This document shows, in pieces, positions 35,315 through 48,207 of a stretch of 64,000 nucleotides of DNA; within the stretch, counting starts at the first letter, position 1; every line of letters starts with the position of its first letter. Under the pieces are notes generated by a model. The model searched no databases and was not told where the DNA came from. It saw only the letters and a list, made by a program, of their open reading frames with translations. Origin of the DNA: Cyanophora paradoxa CCMP329 (lineage: Eukaryota; Plantae; Glaucophyta); the NCBI GenBank assembly GCA_004431415.1, contig QPMI01000457.1:430331-494330 (forward strand), written 5' to 3'. Made by a program: the position numbers and the translations under genes.

Positions 35315-36634
35315 ATGGCCCGGCCCTCGGGCGCTGTCGAGTTCGACCTCAGCGTTGTGAGGCCGTACAGGGAACGCACGAGCGGGATCAAGGAGTCCGA
35401 CCAGTTCCTGAACGCCGTGTGCGCTAAAGTACAGCAGCACGCGTGCCAGCGCTTCGGGAGCGCCTTCCGATGTATACAGGTGCGTCGCGAGCTGAGCGCT
35501 CGGCCTCGGGTTGCAGCGACTGACGCCGCGCCGCAGGAGGGCCGCTTCGTGTGGCCGCGTATGTCCATGCATCCGGACTACAGGTGATCGGCACCCGGGT
35601 CACGGCCGGATCCCGCGCCGCGAACTTCCCACGCCGGCGCCGTGAACTTCCTATATATGATCGAGCGGCATGGCCTCCCGCGCAGTCGCGTCCTCGAGGA
35701 GCTGCGGAAGGATACTACGCCGCCGCCGCTTCTACTCGACGTCGGCTGCTGCACGGGCACCGACCTGCGGAAGCTGGTCCTGGACGGCGTGCCGGCCTCT
35801 GCGCTCGTCGGCATCGAGCTCGACGACCGCTTCCTCGAGCTCGGCTACGAGCTCTTCCAGGAGTGCGCGGCTCGCCGCTTTTCAAATTCGAATCTTCAGC
35901 TGTAGCTTCCGCCCGCGCGCGCTCGAGCTGACGGTCTCCCGCAGCCGTGGCAACGCGAACGCGCCCCGGTTCTACGCGATGGACTTCCTCGCGACGAGGC
36001 CGCCGGCCAACCTCCTCGGCGCCGCCTCGCACGTGTACGCCGGAAGCGTCCTGCATTTGCTCAGCGAGACCGCCGTCGAGGCCTTCGTCTTTCGCGCGCG
36101 CTCCGCCCTCCGGCCCGGCGGGGTCTTCTTCGGTACCCCCCTTCCCGTCCCGGCGTCGCCCTCCTTCGCTGACGGCTTGCGCGCGCGCAGGGCGGAACCT
36201 GATATGCGACGAGCCCGGGCAGAAGGACTGGGCGGGCAGGAGGCGGGGCGCTGGGGGGTGCCAGCAGTGCCTCAGCGGCATCGTACCCCGGCTGCTCGGC
36301 CTCCCCGCCGCGGAGGAGGAACCCAGGCGCGCCACGCCGTGGTACCCCCCCATCCCGCCCCCGCCCCGAGCTGAACTGCTAGTGCTGCCAGGCTGCGGTA
36401 CCTCCACTCGCAGGAGACCCTAACGGACCTCCTCAAGCGGAAGGGCTTCCGGAACGTGCGGGTGTTCCCCGCCGAGGCCCCGGTACCCCCCCCCCCGCTT
36501 TTTCCCCCCGCGATGTTAGCTCGCCCCCTCTAGATCTGAAGCCCCGCGCGCAGGACATGCACGCGAACGAGAAGTTCCAGGGAATGGAGAGCAAGCCGTA
36601 CCCGGCGGCCTTCTGGGCAGAAAAGGCCACGTAG
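35315..36634 (+). CDS. Class I SAM-dependent methyltransferase (fungal AusD/Trt5-like family)
   Basis: LLLDVGCCTGTDLRKLVLDGVP..LVGIELDDRFLELGYELF, YAGSVLHLL and LRPGGVFFG. Confidence 0.85.
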
Positions 36635-36860
36635 CGTGCGGGGCGCGGCCGGGCCGGGCGCTTCGGGCATCTCGGCTCGCCTTTGAAACAAAAAGCTAAA
36701 CTAGCGATCGCATCCAAATAAATCCTAGAGCTGTCACGCCAGCGCCTGCCTGCTAGCTACGGCTCGACCTCAAAAAGCTGCCTGCCTGAATTCGAATGAG
36801 GAATCTGACTGCCATTTGCGAAAAAGCAGAGGGGATCGAGAGGGGACCGAGAGGCGGGCC

Positions 36861-39800
36861 CTAGTGGCGGGGCCGGCCGGGGGCGCCGTGCCCGGGGCCG
36901 TGGGCGTGGGCGTACGACTTGAGGCGGCCGGCCAAGGCGGCGGCCCTGGCCCTGGACTCCCACAGGCGGATCTCGCCGGGGTCGGCGCCCTCGTCAGCAA
37001 GCGCGTCCGCGATCCCCTGCAGCGTGTTCTGCGCGCCGGCCCGGGGGCGTGAGCCGAGATGAGCCAAGCTAAGATAGAAAAGCGGGGGCACCGGGGAGAG
37101 GGCGACGCCGTGGCGGCGCGCGCGCCCGTGGACGCGGCGGGCGTCCTCGACGCGCCCCTCGGAGAGGAACGAGGCGACGAAGGCGCGGTACGAGTTGCGG
37201 TCGGGCGGGGGCAGCCCCGAGGCGTCGCCCTCGGCGGGGGCCCCCGCCCCGGCGCGCTCCATCGCCGCCAGCAGCGCCCACGCGGCGGACTTGTCGTCGG
37301 CCGCGAGGAGGGCCTCCAGGCGGGCGTTCACGAGGAAGGGCTCCGGGGCGAGGCCCTCGGGCGCCAGCGCCAGCGCCGCGTCGGCGCGGCCGGCCCGCGT
37401 GAGGGAGCGCATCACGGCCGCGTAGCTCGCGGCGTCCGGCGAGGGGACCTGGGAGAGGGCGGCTACGGCCTCGTCGGCGGGGAGGGCCGCCAGGCGCGGG
37501 TTCCAGGCGGCCGAGCGGGCCTCCTCGGGGGGCAGGCAGCGCGCGGCGAGGGCAAAGGCCGCAAGGTACTCCTCCCCGTCGGGCCCGTCCTCGTGGAGCA
37601 GGCGCCGCAGCCAGCGCCCGAAGAGGGGCGCGTCCAGGGGCCAGCCGGCGGCCGCCGCCGCCTCGGCCGCCTCCCGCACGAGCGCGTACTGCCGCGCCTC
37701 GGCGAGGGCCCAGAGGAGGGAGCGGAGCTGGGGCCACTCGGGGCGGGCGTCGCCCTCGAGGCGGGCCATGCGGACGACCCACGCGGAAGCCTCCGCGAAG
37801 CGCCCCGCGCGCAGGTGCGCCCGCGCCAGGATGTCCATCGAGACGCGCCCCAGGGGCACCCCCAGCTCCCCCTCCTGCGCCCGCGGCGTCGGCGGGGGGC
37901 TAGAGGGGCGCACGGGCGGGGCGGCGGACCGCGCGCTCGGCCCAGGCGAGGCCCTCGAGGAGGCACTGGGCGCGCCGGCTGCGCGGGTGGCGCGCGCGGA
38001 GGGGGGCGGCGACGGGGAGCGGGCGGCCGGCGCCGGGGACGGGGACGGGGAGGTGGGGCGGCCGGGGGAGGGCGAGCGGGGCCGGGCGGGGCCCTCGGCG
38101 GCGTCCAGGACGGCCTTGAGGCAGGCGTTGAAGACGCGGGCGCGCGACTCGGCGGCCCCCGGCGCCTCCGGCGCCGTGCACTGGGGGTACAGCGCCTCCG
38201 CCAGGGCGAAGAGGCGCGCGGCGTGCTCCGAGGTCTCGGGGCGCCCGCCCGTGCCGATCCACGCTACGAACTGGCCCATCGGGGGCTTGAAGCCCGATCC
38301 CGCCAGGTACGCGCTCAGCTGCCCGAAGTCCTGCGCCGGCGTCGGCGAGGGCGGCGCGGCGCAGCGGGGCGGCGGCGGGAGCACCTCGGTGCGGCCGGCG
38401 CGGAGGGCCGCGCTCGCCGTCGCCAGGATCGCCTCCGCGGCCTCCCCCGCGTGCCCCGCGTCCACCAGGGCCCTAAGGAAGTGCGCCGCCGCCTGGGGGC
38501 CCGGCTCAGCCGCAGCGGAGGGGCGGGCGGAGGGGGAAAGAGGGGGAGGGGGGTACGTGGAAGTCGAGGAGGGCGAGGTGCCCCCGGGCGAAAGTGGAGA
38601 GGAGGCCGCGGTCGGGCTTGAGGCCCTCGCCCGCCGCCGCCTGCGCCGCCGCCCGCGCCGCGCTGTCGGCCCCCGCCAGCGCCTCCCGCCCCGTGTGGCC
38701 CATGACCCAGAGCCAGTGGTGCGCCCGCTCCGCGTCGCCCCTGCGCATCCAATACCTGCGGCCGCCGCGCCCGCCCGCGAGCTCGCTCGTAGGCCGCGGG
38801 GCGGGAGGCCTCGGGATAGCGCGCCTGCAGAGGAGGGTGTAGGTGATGAGGTCTGGGGGCACGCCGGCGGCCGGCATGGCGCCCGCGACGGCCTCCGCCA
38901 CCTCGGCGCGGCCCTCCGCCAGCAGCGATTTGATCGCCTCGTTGAAGACCAGCCCGGAGCGCAGCCCCTCATCCTGCGCCCGCGTCAGCTCGGCGTCGGC
39001 GGCGGCGGCGGAGGCTCGGGACGCGCATGGATGGCGGCAGCGACGGGCGCGAGCGCCTCGGCGGACTGTTCGGGCGTCTCCGCGGCGCCGACGGCCTCGA
39101 CGATGCGGTGCGTCCAGCGGCCGAGGCGGGCGCGGAAGGACGAGGGCCCGCCCTCCCGCAGCGCGCCGGAGGTCGAGGCGCCGTTCGAGGACGTCTCCTT
39201 GGGCCGCATGGCTTCGAGGAACGCGTCCACCGCCGAGAACGCTGGCACCGCGTGCCGCCTCCGGCCCCGCCCGCCGGCCCGCTGCCGGGGTCTCGACGGC
39301 CCTGCAACGGCATCTTCCGGAGACGCGTCGCGCCTATGCCGCTCGTCGGAGCCCGACTCGAGGGATGCATGCGCAGCCGGCGCTTGGAGGACGGACGATG
39401 GAACCGGCGCGTGGCTGAAGCGGGGCGCAGCCGAGAAGGACCGCGCTGCTACGTGCTTTCGTGCGCTAGAAGATGGCATCTGAACGGATCCCCGCGCCCA
39501 GGGGGAACGCAGCTGAGGGTCTGCAAGGAGGGGTTGGTAGGCACAGATTTGATCATTTGGCGCCGCGTGCGCGAGAGGCGCAGGGGCGCAGGGCGGCGGC
39601 TGACCCCGATTTGCAGCGGAAGCATGCGTGCCGATACAGGCTCCGGATGTCGCCGAGGAAAGCGCCGCAGGGACGCGGAGCGCCACGAAACCCGCCGCCG
39701 CATGGCCGTCCCCTGCGACGCATCTGCAGCCGCTCCTGTCTGTTTCTATCATGCTGCCTTTCGCCTACAAATCGGAAGGCTGCGGCTCGGGCAGGCGCGC

Positions 39801-40136
39801 GCGGCCGAACGTCCAAATCAGCTGATGGAGGCGGGTTCCGAAGAGCTGAGGTCGAGAATCCAGTACGTCGCTGCTGACGCCGGCGCGCTGGACGGCTTCC
39901 ACTGCCGATTTGTGCGATTGTTTCCGGTAACCCGCTCTTTATCGCGACGTACCCCGGATCTCGCAACTCGCTTCTGATTTGGGCGCCCGGCAGCTGCAGG
40001 AACGTAGCTCGCGCGAACGGAAAGCTCGAATCCAGCGTTTGCGGCCCGCTGCATCATCAGCATCCGTCGCATCGTTTCCTGTCGTCGTCGGCAGCCGAAC
40101 GCCGAGCTCCGCGAACGTACGCCGACTGTACGTCAT
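36861..40136 (-). CDS. Pentatricopeptide repeat (PPR) protein; 5' exons approximate
   Basis: VFNEAIKSLLAEGRAEVAEAVAGAMPAAGVPPDLITYTLL, PDAASYAAVMRSLTRAGRADAALAL and PDRNSYRAFVASFLSEGRVEDARRV. Confidence 0.85.
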
Positions 40137-40208
40137 CCCAGCAACATACGCGAGCGCAGGCCTTCTGCCAGCTGAGACCTTTCGGCGACGCCCCGGCTTC
40201 TAGATCTC

Positions 40209-40675
40209 ATGAAGGGATTCGCGCTTGGTTTGGCCGTTGGCGCCGCGATTACCACGGTGCGAGAGAATGCGCATGCGCATTCCATCATTGCTACGCCTCT
40301 GTGCTCGCCCGGTCTTCCAAGCCAGTTCTGACAGCTCGCCCAGCCTGACGAGCAGTCGCTCCGGCGGTATCTCGCGGAAAGTGCTGCGCAGCAGGCGGCG
40401 GCGGAGACGGGCTCGCGCATCGTCGGCACGGCCGTGAACTGGCTCAGCGGCGCGCTCCTCCCCGACGCCGTGGTGCGCATTCCTCCCGCGGCCGGCCGGG
40501 GCCCCGCCGATGGCCCAGCCCGGCCCGCGCCGCGCTGGCGCAACCGAGCCGCCGCGCGCTCGCGCAGATACACATCGCGAATTACGGGGTGTTCGTGAAG
40601 GCGACGGTGGTGATTCCGGGCGGGCAGGTCCGGCAGTTCATCGGCGCCTTCGGGCGCTGGTTCCCCCTCCCCTGA
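40209..40675 (+). CDS. Small DUF4359-like protein (3 exons)
   Basis: Spliced product MKGFALGLAVGAAITT-LAQPDEQSLRRYL...-IHIANYGVFVKATV..QFIGAFGRWFPLP resembles the (TN)P..Y / NY.vFS / iG.fg.F pattern. Confidence 0.6.
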
Positions 40676-40935
40676 GCTCGAGCCCGCCCCGGCGTCCACC
40701 TTTCGAATAGCCGTAGAGTAACCTTTAACGCTGTGCGTGATCATGATCAGTTAGACTGCGTCCCGGCCCCGGTCTGGGCGCCCCGCAGCGCCGGCTTCGC
40801 GAGACCGTGCACCTGTGCATTCATGTTGGGCAGCAAGCACTGCCAGGCAGATCTAGTCTTTGAGAATGAGAAAAAGAGAGAGACAGAGCGCGGGCGCAGA
40901 AAGAGGGAGAAAGAGAGAGCGGAGCGCAGCTGCAG

Positions 40936-43838
40936 CTAGCCCTGGGTCTCGGCGAGCTCCTTCTCGACGACCTTGGCGCGGCGCAGCGCCGCCATCGCCT
41001 TCGCCTTGTCCCCCGCCGCGCTCCACTTCGCCGCCAGCGACTTGAAGGCCGCCAGCGCCCCCCGCACGCGCACCTCGTACCCCTCCGGCGTCAGCTGCGC
41101 CCCCGTCAGGGGCTCGCCTAAAAGAGACTCGAGAGAGGGGGAGGGTGGGCGGGCGCGCCTTGCCGGACTGGACCTCGGTGACGAGGACCTGCATGCGCAT
41201 CTCGGTCTCCATGATGCGCGCCGTGAGCTCGTCCGGCACCAGCCCCCGCAGGCCGCCTCCTTCGCCCGCGCCTGCTCCAGCTCCCACTCCAGCAGCCCGT
41301 TCGTCGTCGCCAGCGTCAGGCTGCCCCGCGCGTCAGGGGTAGCGGAGGGGGTAGAAGGGTACGGCGCGCCTCTCGGGGTCCTCGAGGTCATCATCATCGG
41401 CGGCGGCGGCGGAGGGGCGCCCGCCGGCGCCCGTCGAGGGGCGGGAGGCCCCCGTCGATGGCCGCGAGGCGGCCGGGGAGCCCGCCGCGCCCGCCGACGG
41501 CCACCCCGCCGCGGCCGGCCCCGCCGCCCCGCCGGCGAGAGGGCGGCGGGCGACGGGGGCTGGGGGTGCCGCGGGGCGGCGGCGGCCGCGGCTGTGGCCT
41601 GGGCGGAGGCTACGATGCCCTCCGCCGCGGCCGCCAGGGTCGGGAACGACGACCCGACGATCAGCACCTGCCGCGGCGCCCGCGTTCGCCCGAAGGGGGT
41701 ACGGGGGCCGAGCGGGGGGGGTACGGCACCTCCTCTGTGACCTCGCGCTGGTCCTTTCCCCCCGCGATCGGATCCCGTACCCGCGCGCGGAACTCCGCTG
41801 CAGAGGGGTACACGAGTCGGCGGGGCCGGGCGGCGGGCGCGGGCGGCCGTACCGAAGGCGCCGTTTGCGCGGCGGCCGCCCTCGTCCTTCAGCTGAGTGC
41901 AGCGGCGTCTCGGCCGAGGAGCTTTAATCGGGAGGGGGGAAGGAGCGGGGGGTACCGGGACGCGCTCGTTGAAGTCGGAGCGCGTGAGGAGGGCCTTCAG
42001 GGGGAGCTCCCCCACCCCCAGGACGAGGGGGGTAGAGGACCCGAAGATCCCCAGGATCTTGGCCGGCGCCTGCTGGATCTAGGGGGAGGGCGGGGAGGGG
42101 GGTAAGGCTCGGGGTACGGGAATTCAAGAAATGTTGGGGGGTACCTCGAAATCGACGCGCTTCTTCTCGAGAAAACGCGCCAGCGCGCTCCGCTTCCGTT
42201 CGATTCGAATCTTGTGCAGTACCCCGGGCTCTGCGGCGCACCCTGTCAAAGGGGCACGGGGAGAGGTCGCGGGCAGGAGCGCACGGGCGGAGCCCGTGGG
42301 GGGTACGTTGAAGGGCGGGCCGGTCCATTCGGTGGCGGCATCGGACGAGGGGTAGGGGTACGAGAGGCGGAGCTGGCAGGGCTCCTTCCCCTTGAGGGGT
42401 ATGCCCTCGACCGAGACGAGGGCGATCTGCGCGGGGCGCCGGCCGGTTCGAGCTCGGGCGTACGCGCGGCGTGCAGGGGGGTGCGGGGCGGGGGCGCGCC
42501 TCGAGGTCAGCCTCGGAGAGGTCGCGGTGGTAGACCTCCTCGCGGCGGGTGCGGAGGGCGTAGTGGTGGGGCGGGATGCCGGCCCCGGGGCTCCGGCGCG
42601 CCTCCGAGACGGCGAGGAGGCCCTGGGCGTGCCGGTTCTTCTCGCGCACGACCTCGGCGGCGGCCTCGCGGTCGCCCCGGCGCAGGCACTCCTTCGCCGC
42701 CTCGTGCGCCGCGTCGATCTGCCGCTGCAGCTGCGCCTCCATCGCCTCCAGCAGCTCCTCCCGCGACCGGCCCCGCGACGGCGACGGCGACGACGAGGAG
42801 GAGGAGCCCGCCGGCGGCCGCAGCGACGGCCCAGCCGCCTCGGGCGTCCGCGGGGCGTCTGCGCCGCCGCCGGCGGCCCCGGCGCCGCGCCGGAGGCGCG
42901 CCGCTGCTGCGGGCGCCCGACGCCGCCGGGGAGAGCGGCTGCGGGGCCGCCGCCGCCGCCGACCGCGCTGGGGCCGCTGCCGGCGGCGCGGCTTGCCGGG
43001 GCGCGGGCGCCGCAGGCTGCGCTGCGGTGGGCCTCGCTGCGGCGGCGGCGGCGGCAGCGGGCGGGGCAGCCGCGCCGCCGCCCTCGAGCTGCTTGGCCTG
43101 CCTCAGGAGGGACATCGCCGTCTGCTTGTCCCCGCGCGCGCTGGCCTCCATCGCCGCCTTCTTCAGCCGCTGCACCTCCGCCGCCCGTGGGTCCCCGCCG
43201 CCGCCGCCGCCGGGGGCGCTTGGGGCGCTGCGGGCGCCGCAGGCGCCGCGGGCCTCGCCTGCGGTGCCGGCGGCATCGCCGTGGGCGCTGCGCATGCGAG
43301 TGAGCCGATATGCGGTTTCGAGTTGCCTTGGAGGCGCCATCGCACGGCCGCATCCGCGCGAAGCTAGAGTCAAGTGACCGGTTCATGCGCACCGGTTTGC
43401 GGCCTCTGTTGCTGTTGCGCGAAGGGGTTTGTGGAAGCCATCGGAGCCGCGTAGGCCGCGGTCGGCTGCGGCTGGGCGGGCCGTGGCAGGGCATGCCGGG
43501 CTTGCGGCTCGGGCGCGAGACCGAGCGCTGCTTCTGCCGCTGCAAGTTCCGCGAGGAGGTCCGAGTCATGCAGGTCGCTCTGCAGGTGCGGTCAGCGCTC
43601 AGCGGGAGCTGCGCGGGGCGGGCGTATACGTGTCGCGCGCCTCCGTCAGCTGCACATTTTCGATGTCGCCCATGCCGTGCGCCGCCGCCATCATCCTTGC
43701 GAGGTCTTCGTGCTCCGCGGCCGCCATCGCGTCGAGCTGCGCCAGTTCGGGCGGCAGGAACGAGTCTTCGGCACGCCGCGACTCAGGCGAGCGCCGCTCA
43801 TTCTTCTCCTTCTTCTTGCCGAAGCCGAAGAAGTCCAT
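40936..43838 (-). CDS. CC2D1/Lethal-giant-discs-like protein (DM14-like repeat + C2 domain)
   Basis: DSDLLAEL motif; DM14-like EVQRLKKAAMEASARGDKQTAMSLLRQAKQLE; C2-like LSYPYP, KIRIERKRSALARFLEKKRVDFE and LGVGELPLKALLT. Confidence 0.8.
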
Positions 43839-44200
43839 CCGCTGGCGCCCTAGCTGCTTCTGCAGCTGAGACAAGAAAGTCAAGACTTGTCGGCGGGGTA
43901 CGCGTTGCGACGAGCCAAGGCCATGGTCCTCCGAAGTGCCGCAAGGACTCAAACGTGACTCTTTGACCGTTTGTTGCCTTGCAGTTCAGCTAAGGGGTCC
44001 TTCCGCCCAGCATCATACGCCGCTCCTTCCAATAAGCACCCCAGAGCCGCAGACCAGCTGCAGAGTCAGTGCAGACCAGCCGCGGTCGCACCCAGCCGCT
44101 GAGCGGGCGGGGCAGCGCGCGTGCGCCCATTCACACATCGCACCAACTGGCAATGCAGTAGCGGCGGCGCTGCTGCGCCACAGCCGCAGCGTGCGCAACG

Positions 44201-45419
44201 ATGGGCGCCGGCTCGTCCGCGCGGTCGCGCTATCCCGCCGCCGAGATCGTGGGTGAGGTGGAAGTGACGCCCCCGCCGAAGAAGGGGCCCAGGCCTCCGC
44301 CCCCGCGCGCCCCGCCCGCCCCGATGCCCCCGCTCGTCGAGGTCCGCTTCCTCACGTGCACTCGTAGTTCAGATCTAAATCTGTCGCCCGTGCCGCTGAG
44401 CTTCGAGCTGAGCGCGGTGCCGCCGCAGCCGCTGCCGCCGGCGCCGCCGGTGCTGTACGCGTTCGAGGCGTGCCCGGAGTGCGCCCGCCTGGAGCTGAGC
44501 CTGCGCCACTGCAAGATCCGCTACGAGCGCCGCGAGGAGGAGCCGCTCGAGCTCCGCCTCCCCTGGTGCGCCCACGACCGCCGCGCCCGAGCCGGTTCGG
44601 GGTCCAGCCGGCCTGGCCTGCCCGCAGCACATTCCTAGAGCCAGCTCCCATCGCTTCTCTAAAACGAATGCCCGCCCCCTTCTAGGTACGTCGTGACGAC
44701 GGAGCGCCCCGTCCCGCGGCTGCACCACGGCCGCCACGTCCTCGAGGACCTCCCCTCTATCCTCCAGCACATCGCGCGTACCCCTCCCCAGCGCCGGCTC
44801 GACGTACCCCCTTCCCGACTGACTTCGCCCCCGCAGGAGAAGCTCCCCGGCGCCGCTGCCCTGCTGCCCATCGTTCGCCCATCTACCCCCCCCCCCCCCC
44901 CCCCCTCCGGATTCGAACGCGGGCCGCAGGACTTCGAGGCGCGGGCGCGCGTGCGCGTGTTCCTCCTGTCGGCCTCGAACCGCCTCACGGCCCTCGTCCG
45001 CGGCGCCGTCGCCGCCGCCGCCGCCGCGATTGCGAGCGCCGAGGGCGGGGACGGGGCGGCGGAGGCGGCGGCGGCGCCCGCTGCGCGCCCCGTGGGGGAG
45101 CTGGCCTCAGAGATCGGGCGGCGCTGGGCGAGCTGGCGGCGCAGGCGGACCCTATGGGCGCGCCCCTCTTCGCGTTCCTGCCCTCCGCCGCCGACTTCTG
45201 CCTGCTGCCCTCGTCTGGGAGCTCCGCGCCGCCCTCGCCGCCGCCGGCGGGCCGCCTCTGCCCCTCCCGCCCCGCCTCCAGGCCTGGCTCCCCGCCGCCG
45301 AGGCCGCCGCCGCCGCCCTGGGCGTCCGCGAGCCGCCCGCGGGGCCCCTGCTTCAGCTCGCCGCCGCCCGCCTCAAGAAGGCCCCGCGCCCCGGCCCCGC
45401 GGCCCCGCGCGCCCCTTAG
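44201..45419 (+). CDS. Glutathione S-transferase-like protein with CxxC, possibly N-myristoylated
   Basis: MGAGSS; VLYAFEACPECARLELSL; VPRL..G..LEDLPSILQHI; PSAADFCLLPLV. Two 1-nt homopolymer deletions (~45117, ~45209) are restored in the duplicate copy. Confidence 0.7.
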
Positions 45420-48030
45420 CAGCCCCGCTCGTCCACACGTTGACGTTGCTGCTACAGCCAAACGCGATTCATTCGACCCCAGGCCCCTCGAGCTCTAGAT
45501 CTAGATCAGATCTCGATCTATTGATCATGATCATCGATACTGCTGCCGTGCGCGCCCCGTACACGTGCACGCTAGTAAAAAGGGGCCGACTCGGCGAACT
45601 GATCTAATTACGACCTAGCTGAGACCTGTTATATTTGATCGGCCACCGCTCTAATATTTCTTCGTGTCTGTCATCCCCTGTCACTAGATCTGCTCAGTCT
45701 GGTTCGTTTATTATCTCTTCTCGATCTGTCTCCGTGTCTTTCCTTTTTTATAGTCGATTTTGGCTCTTTGTCCAGTCTTTCTGCGTGCTCTTGTCTTAGT
45801 TCTTTTGCTTTTTTTGCCCCTGTGCCCCCTGGGCAGCCCCCGCAGTGCTGGTGCCTAGAGACTGTGGCCGGTAATTCACCAAAAAAATAATTCCGTCGAC
45901 CTAATTGCGATCTAACTGCGATCTAATTCAAATAGGTCTCAGTTAGATCGCAATTCGATCGCCGCTGCCCGCGGCCGGCCCGGCGGGGGCTGCCCCGCGC
46001 TCCCCCGCCGCCCGGCCAGCCCCCACCCCCGCCCCAACCTCTTCTAGCCTCGAGCTCCTCTTTCGAATTCTAGCCGATCGCGAGCGCCTCGAAAACAGCT
46101 CGCGATCGCCTTTAGCTATAGCTAGGCCTGGCGCCAGCCTGGCGCCGGCGTCTGACGGCTAGCGCTCGCCCGGCCGCGGGCCACCCGGTGACCGCCTTCA
46201 AGGCTTCTGGAGCTCTGCTTTTCTTCCATTTGAACGGACGCAACGTTTTCAAGGCTTCTGGAGCTCTGCTTTTCTTCCATTTGAACGGGCGCAACGTTAA
46301 CGGTCCTTCAAGTTTGCTCCTTTCCCTGACCTCTAGATCCCCGGATTAATGATCAAGCCATTGATATTGCCCCGAAATGGAACGTGAATTTCCCTTCCCC
46401 CGACCCCGCGCGCAGCAGCGTGCACGATATCGATCTAGCACGACCCCTTACGAGCGCGCGCCGCAGCGGGCCCTTCATCTATTCCAGTCTTTCCTTTCCC
46501 ACCTTCGCCCCGCGGCCGGGCCCCCAATTGCAACCCACCGCCCCCCCCCCCCCCCCCCCACCGCCCCCCCCCACCCCCACCCCCCCCCTCAGAGATCGGG
46601 GCGGCGCTGGGCGAGCTGGCGGCGCAGGCGGACCCTATGGGCGCGCCCCTCTTCGCGTTCCTGCCCTCCGCCGCCGACTTCTGCCTGCTGCCCCTCGTCT
46701 GGGAGCTCCGCGCCGCCCTCGCCGCCGCCGGCGGGCCGCCTCTGCCCCTCCCGCCCCGCCTCCAGGCCTGGCTCCCCGCCGCCGAGGCCGCCGCCGCCGC
46801 CCTGGGCGTCCGCGAGCCGCCCGCGGGGCCCCTGCTTCAGCTCGCCGCCGCCCGCCTCAAGAAGGCCCCGCGCCCCGGCCCCGCGGCCCCGCGCGCCCCT
46901 TAGCAGCCCCGCTCGTCCACACGTTGACGTTGCTGCTACAGCCAAACGCGATTCATTCGACCCCAGGCCCCTCGAGCTCTAGATCTAGATCAGATCTCGA
47001 TCTATTGATCATGATCATCGATACTGCTGCCGTGCGCGCCCCGTACACGTGCACGCTAGTAAAAAGGGGCCGACTCGGCGAACTGATCTAATTACGACCT
47101 AGCTGAGACCTGTTATATTTGATCGGCCACCGCTCTAATATTTCTTCGTGTCTGTCATCCCCTGTCACTAGATCTGCTCAGTCTGGTTCGTTTATTATCT
47201 CTTCTCGATCTGTCTCCGTGTCTTTCCTTTTTTATAGTCGATTTTGGCTCTTTGTCCAGTCTTTCTGCGTGCTCTTGTCTTAGTTCTTTTGCTTTTTTTG
47301 CCCCTGTGCCCCCTGGGCAGCCCCCGCAGTGCTGGTGCCTAGAGACTGTGGCCGGTAATTCACCAAAAAAATAATTCCGTCGACCTAATTGCGATCTAAC
47401 TGCGATCTAATTCAAATAGGTCTCAGTTAGATCGCAATTCGATCGCCGCTGCCCGCGGCCGGCCCGGCGGGGGCTGCCCCGCGCTCCCCCGCCGCCCCGG
47501 CCAGCCCCCACCCCCCGCCCCAACCTCTTCTAGCCTCGAGCTCCTCTTTCGAATTCTAGCCGATCGCGAGCGCCTCGAAAACAGCTCGCGATCGCCTTTA
47601 GCTATAGCTAGGCCTGGCGCCAGCCTGGCGCCGGCGTCTGACGGCTAGCGCTCGCCCGGCCGCGGGCCACCCGGTGACCGCCTTCAAGGCTTCTGGAGCT
47701 CTGCTTTTCTTCCATTTGAACGGACGCAACGTTTTCAAGGCTTCTGGAGCTCTGCTTTTCTTCCATTTGAACGGGCGCAACGTTAACGGTCCTTCAAGTT
47801 TGCTCCTTTCCCTGACCTCTAGATCCCCGGATTAATGATCAAGCCATTGATATTGCCCCGAAATGGAACGTGAATTTCCCTTCCCCCGACCCCGCGCGCA
47901 GCAGCGTGCACGATATCGATCTAGCACGACCCCTTACGAGCGCGCGCCGCAGCGGGCCCTTCATCTATTCCAGTCTTTCCTTTCCCACCTTCGCCCCCGC
48001 GGCCGGGCCCCCAATTGCAACCCACCGCCC
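45106..48030 (+). repeat. Near-identical ~1.485-kb tandem duplication (GST 3' exon plus flank)
   Basis: Identical ORFs offset by 1484-1486 nt (46112/47598, 46377/47863); the junction lies in a poly-C tract. Confidence 0.95.
45601..45960. mobile_element. MITE-like foldback (second copy at 47085-47444)
   Basis: About 30-bp imperfect inverted repeats GATCTAATTACGACCTAGCTGAGACCTGTT / AATAGGTCTCAGTTAGATCGCAATTCGATC around a pyrimidine-rich core. Confidence 0.5.
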
Positions 48031-48207
48031 CCCCCCCCCCCACCGCCCCCCCCCCACCCCCCCCCCCCCCACCCCCACCCCCCACCCCACCCCCACCCCC
48101 ACAATTGCAACCCCCTGCTGTACATATATTCATATTATATATTATATTAGCTTCACACACACACACATATATATATAGCAGTGCACGCCGGCGCGCGCGC
48201 GCGCGCG

